From contig CP170459.1 of assembly GCA_047947115.1 (NCBI GenBank), positions 4,256,001 through 4,320,000 on the forward strand: a stretch of 64,000 nucleotides of DNA. The letters are read 5' to 3'. The position numbers and the translations under genes are program-made. This DNA comes from Verrucomicrobiota bacterium (lineage in GTDB: Bacteria; Verrucomicrobiota; Verrucomicrobiia; Limisphaerales; AAA164-E04). This document shows positions 57,642 through 64,000 of the stretch, piece after piece. Each line of letters starts with the position of its first letter. Within the stretch, counting starts at the first letter, position 1. The notes under the pieces were generated by a model. That model saw nothing but the letters and a program-made list of their open reading frames with translations, made no database searches and was not told the origin of the DNA.

Positions 57642-58739
57642 TCAACGAATGTACTGAAACTCGATCTTGGACGGATCACTTTCCCCAAGCTGCATCAAGC
57701 CGGCATTACGATAGAGCCGGAAAGCGGACTCATGGATATCCAATCCCGCTTTATGCCGTTGACGATTGATTTCCATCAGGGACAGCACATCCAGCGCGAC
57801 GGGATCTTGACTGATGCGCAGTTCGTTCAACACCACTGAATATTGAAGAAACCCACGTTCTTCCCCCTGATATTGGCAGATCAGAGCATCCACGAGATTA
57901 AAGGCTATTTTATCGTAAAGCTCAGGCATGCTGCAGATTTCAGCCATGGATTCATGATATCGGCTCTCATCCACGGTGAACCGCAAATGATTATCCACCC
58001 CGGAAGTTGCCAGACCAACAACGTGCCCGTTCACACCGGCGAGGTAGTGATTGAGCATCGGATGGATCTGAATGATACGGGTCAGCTTCTGAGTCAACAA
58101 TTTCGAGACGTACGATTTACGCCCGATCCCCTCTCCGCTTGCCCCAAACTCATGATCGCCATAGACAAGATTACCCACCAAAGCCGCTTCATAGTAGGCG
58201 GATGGATCGTATCCATAGTCCGAACTTCCCTCGTAACCCACTCCCAACTTTTTGGCCAACTGATCGTATCCGGTTGCAACCAGCAAACCTTTGCGGCGGT
58301 CCCAGATAATGATCTGATCCTTCGGAAATCCGGTTCCCAGCAGACTTCGCACGACGGCCTCCACCACGGCGGGTCGTGTTCCGCTGACGCTGCCGGGATC
58401 GGAAAGCACCTTGATACCAACAACGTCCTTCGGTTTGACAAACATTTCCCAAGCCTCGACAACATCCTCTTTCAAGGCGTAGGCTTTCAACAAATCATCG
58501 AACATCCTGCGCACGACATCTGTTTTGGCCTGAAACCGGGCCACCGCCTGCTCATCCCGCACGGCCAGGACACGGGACTTTTTTTGAAGGTGCACGGGCG
58601 ATGAAGCTTCGGAGGCGCTCGATTTGATCGGTGCATGGGTCGTCAACACCAGCATCAACATCCAAAACATCAAAGCACAGCGATCCTTGGAAAACGTTGA
58701 GTTTCCTGCCCGGATGTCACTGTTTACACGTTCCGTCAT
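57642..58739 (-). CDS. DUF362-like domain protein
   Basis: DVVGIKV, IIIWDR, SQDPVALD; signal-like N-terminus. Confidence 0.6.
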   Translation of the reverse strand: MTERVNSDIRAGNSTFSKDRCALMFWMLMLVLTTHAPIKSSASEASSPVHLQKKSRVLAVRDEQAVARFQAKTDVVRRMFDDLLKAYALKEDVVEAWEMFVKPKDVVGIKVLSDPGSVSGTRPAVVEAVVRSLLGTGFPKDQIIIWDRRKGLLVATGYDQLAKKLGVGYEGSSDYGYDPSAYYEAALVGNLVYGDHEFGASGEGIGRKSYVSKLLTQKLTRIIQIHPMLNHYLAGVNGHVVGLATSGVDNHLRFTVDESRYHESMAEICSMPELYDKIAFNLVDALICQYQGEERGFLQYSVVLNELRISQDPVALDVLSLMEINRQRHKAGLDIHESAFRLYRNAGLMQLGESDPSKIEFQYIR

Positions 58740-58799
58740 TGCTTTTGAATTCTGTTTAGTGATAGTCTGAATCCTTTAAAGGGTCAACATTCGTCAGAG

Positions 58800-60629
58800 A
58801 TGAATCCAAATCCAACAGTCATTCAATTTGTCAATCCATTCCGATCCACCGGTCCACGGTGGATGAACGGCATTCTGTTCACCCTGATGGCGGTCTTGAT
58901 GCTGAGCGGTTGCACCCCTCCCTGGGCCGACGCCATGTTTGAAGGAAAGACGCAACTGGAGAAAGGTGAATTCAAGGACGCCATCAGTTCGTTCAAACAG
59001 GCCACCCGATTACAGCCTGAACTGGCCCGTGCCTGGAACTACCTTGGATTGGCCTACCATCAGGACAGGCAATTTGCAGAGGCAACAGCCGCCTATAACA
59101 AAGCCTACAACACTGACAACAATCTTGCGGAAGCTGTTTACAATATGGGATACCTTCGCCTTGAAACAGGCGTTTATGAGGACGCCATCCATTGGTTCAA
59201 AATTTACCAGATGCTGCGCCCCCAGTCCACTGCAGCCCTACCCTACCTGGCATTGGCGCACATTTCTCTCAACGAACTCGATGAAGCTCAGAAGCTTTAT
59301 GACTTGATTCTCAGGCAAGAGCCAAACGATCCCAAAGCTTATAATGGTATGGGATTGATCCAGCAACGGAAGGGCAATCCCAGAGAATCATACAACTACT
59401 TCCATACCGCCCTGGAACGTGATCCGGAATATACCCCCGCCATGTGGAACCAGGGCATCATCGCTTATCCGGCATTGCAACGCCCGGATCTGGCTGTCAA
59501 CAAGATGCGCCGTTTCACATACAAGGCGCCTCAATCCCCTCTTGCCCCAATCGCAAAAAGCATTGCGGAAGATATCGAAGCCCGTCTGTTCAAGAAACCG
59601 GAACCGATCGTCGAAGCTCCGCCTGCGGAACAACCCAAAGAACTGGGTGGAAAGACCACCGAGGAGATAGTTGCTCACAAAGTGGAAGAAACAACGCCCG
59701 CAGAGGAACCAACTCCTGCAAAAAAGGATGAAGAACCCACAACGCTGAAAACCGTTTCGGATCAGGAACCTGCGGAAGCATTGCCAAACAATGATATTCA
59801 ACCCGTCGCTCCTGAAATCGAGAAACCTCAAATCACCCAAAGGGAAGTGGAAAACCCAAAGCAGCCGGAAGTCAGGAAAACCACACCGGTGAAACCGCAA
59901 GAAAAGATTGAGACACCGACCGGCGAGCGCCCCACATCACAAACAAATGTGGTCATCAAAACGGCCATTCCTAAAAAGGAGGAATCCAAACCAACCATCA
60001 TCGTGGATATCCCCCGGACTGCCAACGACGATTCTCGTGCCGTCGTGGAAATGGAACGTCCCGTCATCGTTCCACCTTCGGAACCCGGCGTCACCCCCTT
60101 GCCTCAGGGAAGATCTTTCAAACCCTATCGGTATCTGCTGCCTGGAGCACCACTTGCCGGCAATCGTCAGGTGGCAGCCCCCTTGTTCGATCGGGCGAAC
60201 AGGGCACTCGAACGCTCGGATTACAATGAGGCAGTCACTCAATACGAACGCGCCATCTCAGCCGACCCTTCTTTCTTCGAAGCCTATTTCAACCTCGGCC
60301 TGGCCGCTCTGAGCGGAGGGAACGCTGAGAAGGCACTGCCCTCTTACGAATACGCTCTCGCCATCGACCCCCAGCATCGTGATTCCCGATACAACCTGGC
60401 CCTCGGTCTCATCCAGAAGGATCACTTGCGCGATGCCGCACGCGAATTGGAAACATTGCTGAAGGCCAATCCTGAGGACAAACCGGTAATCATGCGCCTG
60501 GGAGAACTTTACTCAGGACCGCTTCAGCGGCCGGTTCGCACACGAGAAGTCTATCAGCAATTGCTTAAAGCGGCGCCGACTCCGGATGAAGTGTCCACAG
60601 CCCGAAGCTGGCTGCACTCGAATCCCTGA
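58800..60629 (+). CDS. Tetratricopeptide repeat lipoprotein
   Basis: LSGC lipobox; two TPR arrays (AWNYLGLAY, AYFNLGLA) separated by a Pro/Glu-rich linker. Confidence 0.85.
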   Translation: MNPNPTVIQFVNPFRSTGPRWMNGILFTLMAVLMLSGCTPPWADAMFEGKTQLEKGEFKDAISSFKQATRLQPELARAWNYLGLAYHQDRQFAEATAAYNKAYNTDNNLAEAVYNMGYLRLETGVYEDAIHWFKIYQMLRPQSTAALPYLALAHISLNELDEAQKLYDLILRQEPNDPKAYNGMGLIQQRKGNPRESYNYFHTALERDPEYTPAMWNQGIIAYPALQRPDLAVNKMRRFTYKAPQSPLAPIAKSIAEDIEARLFKKPEPIVEAPPAEQPKELGGKTTEEIVAHKVEETTPAEEPTPAKKDEEPTTLKTVSDQEPAEALPNNDIQPVAPEIEKPQITQREVENPKQPEVRKTTPVKPQEKIETPTGERPTSQTNVVIKTAIPKKEESKPTIIVDIPRTANDDSRAVVEMERPVIVPPSEPGVTPLPQGRSFKPYRYLLPGAPLAGNRQVAAPLFDRANRALERSDYNEAVTQYERAISADPSFFEAYFNLGLAALSGGNAEKALPSYEYALAIDPQHRDSRYNLALGLIQKDHLRDAARELETLLKANPEDKPVIMRLGELYSGPLQRPVRTREVYQQLLKAAPTPDEVSTARSWLHSNP

Positions 60630-60635
60630 CCCATC

Positions 60636-62471
60636 ATGAGCGGTTTTATCGGCCCCGAATTGGTGGAGCAAATCCGGCAGGCAAGCGACATTGTCGAAGT
60701 CATCACTTCTTACATTCCGCTGAAACGGGCCGGTGTGTCTTTCAAAGCAAGGTGCCCTTTTCACAATGAAAAGACGCCGAGCTTTCATGTCAACCCGCAA
60801 CGTCAGACCTTTCATTGTTTCGGGTGCCATAAAGGCGGGGACGTGTTTACTTTCGTCCGCGAATACGAGAACCTGAGCTTCTATGAAGCCGCCGAACGAC
60901 TGGCGGATCGGGCCAAGATTGCCATTGAGGTCGTCCAGGATCCCAAAGCCTCCGAAAAGGCCGAAGCAAAAAAAATTCTCCTGAAAATCCATGAGGAACT
61001 CGCCCACCGATGGCATACGCTGTTGTTGAACGACGCACAAGGCCTTCCAGGTCGTGATTACCTGAAATCCAGAGGCGTAACGGAGGAAGCCATCAAACGT
61101 TTTCAACTGGGATATGCACCTCTCTCCTGGGACGACACACTGCGCTGGAGTCGCAGCCGCAAATATGATCCGGACCTGATCGAAAAAGCAGGCCTGATTG
61201 TCCGTAAACAGGAGGGAAAGGACTTTTACGATCGCTTTCGAGGACGTCTCATGTTTCCCATTCATGACCCACAGGGCCGGGCCATCGGATTCAGCGGCCG
61301 TGTGGTGGAGGGAGATGAAAAAGGAGCCAAGTATGTCAATTCCCCCGAAACCCTTCTATTTCGCAAAAGTGAAGTGATTTATGGTTTGGACAAGGCAAAA
61401 CGAGCCATTCTGGACGCCAAATCCGCCATCGTTTGCGAAGGTCAACTCGACCTCATCGCCTGCCACATGTCCGGTGTTAAAAACGTCGTCGCCCCTCAGG
61501 GCACCGCGCTCACAAAACGACATGCCCAGATTGTCAAACGTTACGCCGACGAGATCGTCCTGTGTTTTGACTCCGATCAGGCGGGAACAAATGCCGCTCT
61601 ACGCTCCATGGATGACTTGATCGAATCCGGTCTCAACCTGCGCGTGGCAAGTGTGCCAGCGCCGCATGATCCGGACAGCTATATCCGCGAACTCGGGGCT
61701 GATTCCTTCCGCCAACTGGTAGACAAGGCTGAAGGATTTTTTGACTTTCTATTGCAGAATCTCCGGAAGGCTCACCCTTCCGGCACCGACAAGGACCGTA
61801 TGGCCATCGTTCATGAAATGGGAAAAGCCGTCACGAAGACGGGCCATGCCGTCATGATCGACACTTATGCCCAGAAGACGGCCCATTTGCTCAACGTCGA
61901 TGTGGATTCCATTCGGGCAGAGTTCAAGCAAAGCCGAAGATCCCAACCCGAACCATCCGCTTTTGATGACGGACCTCCGATCGAAGACATCGACATACCC
62001 GAGGAACCCGTCGAGCCGTTGCCGGAATGTCCAGTGCAAGAATACTGGCTCATGAAACTGGTCCTGACAGAAGAAGAAGAAGAACCTTTGGAATGGTTGT
62101 TTGAACATTTGGATCTGCAATGGATCCGCCACCCGGTCGTGCGGGAAGTTTTGATCGCATCACTGGACGCACATGCGGAACACAAAAAACCCGATACAGG
62201 CACCATCCTCACCCAGTGCAGACGGGCGGGCGCCGATCGATTCATCACCGAAGCTGTAACCGAAGCCCGGGCCATACCCAGCAGGGATCGACAGTATGAA
62301 GAACTGGTTCGACGGTTGCGGGACAAATACATCGATCACGAAATCCTGATGAAGAAGAACCTTCTTTCATCCGAAGGGCTCAGTGATGATGATCAAATGG
62401 AAATCACCCGCGTCCTCATGGACCTCCGCCGCTTGAAAACTGAACCGTTGGGACCGATTGCCGACTCATGA
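60636..62471 (+). CDS. dnaG: DNA primase
   Basis: CPFHNEKTPSF...CFGC zinc finger, DRFRGRLMFPI, KYVNSPET, CEGQLD, FDSDQAG, DPD. Confidence 0.97.
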   Translation: MSGFIGPELVEQIRQASDIVEVITSYIPLKRAGVSFKARCPFHNEKTPSFHVNPQRQTFHCFGCHKGGDVFTFVREYENLSFYEAAERLADRAKIAIEVVQDPKASEKAEAKKILLKIHEELAHRWHTLLLNDAQGLPGRDYLKSRGVTEEAIKRFQLGYAPLSWDDTLRWSRSRKYDPDLIEKAGLIVRKQEGKDFYDRFRGRLMFPIHDPQGRAIGFSGRVVEGDEKGAKYVNSPETLLFRKSEVIYGLDKAKRAILDAKSAIVCEGQLDLIACHMSGVKNVVAPQGTALTKRHAQIVKRYADEIVLCFDSDQAGTNAALRSMDDLIESGLNLRVASVPAPHDPDSYIRELGADSFRQLVDKAEGFFDFLLQNLRKAHPSGTDKDRMAIVHEMGKAVTKTGHAVMIDTYAQKTAHLLNVDVDSIRAEFKQSRRSQPEPSAFDDGPPIEDIDIPEEPVEPLPECPVQEYWLMKLVLTEEEEEPLEWLFEHLDLQWIRHPVVREVLIASLDAHAEHKKPDTGTILTQCRRAGADRFITEAVTEARAIPSRDRQYEELVRRLRDKYIDHEILMKKNLLSSEGLSDDDQMEITRVLMDLRRLKTEPLGPIADS

Positions 62472-63413
62472 GCGGCGTCTCAACACAGCAACGAGATTAT
62501 CAGCCGCAAGCAAACCGGTGAGCACGGATTCCAAACCGTTGTAAGCCACCTTCAGCGGTGTCAGCAAAGGCGATTTCTTCAATCGATTGGTCTTTTTCAG
62601 CAATTGAGCCCGTTCCGCATCCGGAACTTCTGACCTGGGGCGCAAGGCATCCTTGATCAGTACCACTGGATTGAAGTGCATACTCGTCACCTCTTCCACC
62701 TCCCAGCCACCGATCCGATGAACCATGCGCCGCAACGCACGGGCTGAAAAGTAATTCAAATGCTCCGCCATGATATACCGGTAACAACTTCCCAGGCAAC
62801 GAATGGCCAGAGAATGCAAATTGGGAACCAGCAGGATGCAAATGCCATCCGGTTGTAGAAGGCTGGCCGCCTTGTGAAGAAATGCGTCAGGTTTCTCAAC
62901 ATGCTCCAACACAGCCCAAAAGGTGATGGCATCAAATCGCGGGCCGGAAGGTTCCCACTCCAGAAATGGTTCTCTGATCACATGGATTCCCTGACGCTCC
63001 GCCATGTTCAGAGCTCCTTGAGAAACATCCAGCCCCGTCAGGTCATAGGAACCGAACAAAGGCAGCCCTCGCAGGAATCCACCAGTGGAACAGCCCACAT
63101 CCAGAATTCGCCCCGAAGGCACCCAACGACGAAAGAGTTTCCATTCGCGTTGAAACCGGACCGGATCGTAATCGGATTGAAGTTTATCTTCGGAAAGATA
63201 AAACGATTCGGTCCGGTCTTCATAAAACTCGCCATTGACGAAGGCTATGGGCACTTCAGTGACATAAACCATACCGCAGGACTCACACTGCACAAAGCGT
63301 GTGTCCGCTTTCACCCATCTCTCAATCGATCGACTCTCCCTGCAAGCCGGGCAAGAGCGTTCGATCACCGAATGGGTTGCATCGATACCGTTTGTTTGTT
63401 TCGGTTTATCCAT
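62466..63413 (-). CDS. Class I SAM-dependent methyltransferase with N-terminal CxxC...CxxC
   Basis: CPAC, CESCG, ILDVGCSTG, FDAITFWAVLEH, VPN, EHLNYF. Confidence 0.88.
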   Translation of the reverse strand: MDKPKQTNGIDATHSVIERSCPACRESRSIERWVKADTRFVQCESCGMVYVTEVPIAFVNGEFYEDRTESFYLSEDKLQSDYDPVRFQREWKLFRRWVPSGRILDVGCSTGGFLRGLPLFGSYDLTGLDVSQGALNMAERQGIHVIREPFLEWEPSGPRFDAITFWAVLEHVEKPDAFLHKAASLLQPDGICILLVPNLHSLAIRCLGSCYRYIMAEHLNYFSARALRRMVHRIGGWEVEEVTSMHFNPVVLIKDALRPRSEVPDAERAQLLKKTNRLKKSPLLTPLKVAYNGLESVLTGLLAADNLVAVLRRRS

Positions 63414-63600
63414 GGCTGCCAACTTGTGAAATCCGTTTGGTGCAGATTGTCCCAAGAAAAGCCAAAAGTCGCTCAAAAAATGTTAACATCCCGACGAATC
63501 TGTTTGCCTAAGCTCGACAAATCCACCAGCATGCGATCACGTCTAAACCTAAACCAAAGAACCCTCAAACAACGCGACGCCATCGCTGAATCAGAAACAT

Positions 63601-64000
63601 ATGAGCACACCCTCCGACACCCCATCCGAACCCATGGACAACCAGGTAATGGAAGAATGGGATGAATTTGTAAAGGAACGATATCCGGAACCACCCAAAA
63701 CCAGTTCGGCAGCCGAAGACCCTACTGATTTCAACCCGACCGATCCCAACAAAAAGGAGGAAGCATTCCGTAACTACGCGGAAACCGTGCGCCCGAGCGT
63801 CCGCAGGTTCTACGAAGAAAACCACACGAAGCAAACCTACGACTTCGTGCGGGAAAAGAAGGGAACATTCACCCAATTCAACCGAAAGAAAATGGGGATT
63901 TGGGAAGCGGCGGAGTATTTAAACACCCTGGTGGACGACAGTGATCCGGACACCAACCTTTCCCAGTTGCAACACCTGCTGCAGACATCCGAAGAAATCC
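63601..64000 (+). CDS. Inositol oxygenase (MIOX) family protein, 3' truncated
   Basis: Manual translation gives FRNY...FYEENHTKQTYDFV...MGIWEAAEYLNTLVDDSDPD...QHLLQTSE; absent from the ORF track because there is no stop in the window. Confidence 0.85.
   Translation, partial: MSTPSDTPSEPMDNQVMEEWDEFVKERYPEPPKTSSAAEDPTDFNPTDPNKKEEAFRNYAETVRPSVRRFYEENHTKQTYDFVREKKGTFTQFNRKKMGIWEAAEYLNTLVDDSDPDTNLSQLQHLLQTSEEI

Noticed and set aside
1..64000. tRNA, rRNA, prophage or defence-system genes
   Set aside because: None recognised by eye; tRNAscan, Rfam and defence-system scans were not run

Overview
Gene-dense chromosomal window, most likely from a PVC-superphylum bacterium (probably Verrucomicrobiota). 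This is inferred from the DUF1501/PSD1 pair, a PVC-type CxxCH dehydrogenase, an H-X9-DG pseudopilin, an FFRV-type C-terminal tail and a TGTTC-N4-GAACA box. It begins with the 3' end of an IS4-family element. It then carries a zrg-like ABC/DUF3299 operon, an ECF sigma cluster, secreted hydrolases, purE, hldD, a phosphonate catabolic module (phnA, phnY, DUF5690 transporter), hscB/iscA-like genes, dnaG and a truncated inositol oxygenase that the ORF track missed. Three items stand out. (1) One 1542-aa ORF fuses a Y-family DinB/Pol IV with intact catalytic motifs to a DnaE2-like C-family polymerase, and a LexA-type box overlaps its predicted -10 element. (2) An unannotated ~240-nt candidate sRNA has a sigma54-type promoter, four loop-displayed CGCAC motifs and its own terminator. 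(3) A LamG/sigma54-activator chimera has a sigma54-type promoter and a 40-bp palindrome, and is bracketed by TTAG-NNN heptamer arrays. Several REP/REPIN-like repeat families fill the intergenic spaces. All protein-family calls come from motif recognition by eye, not database searches.
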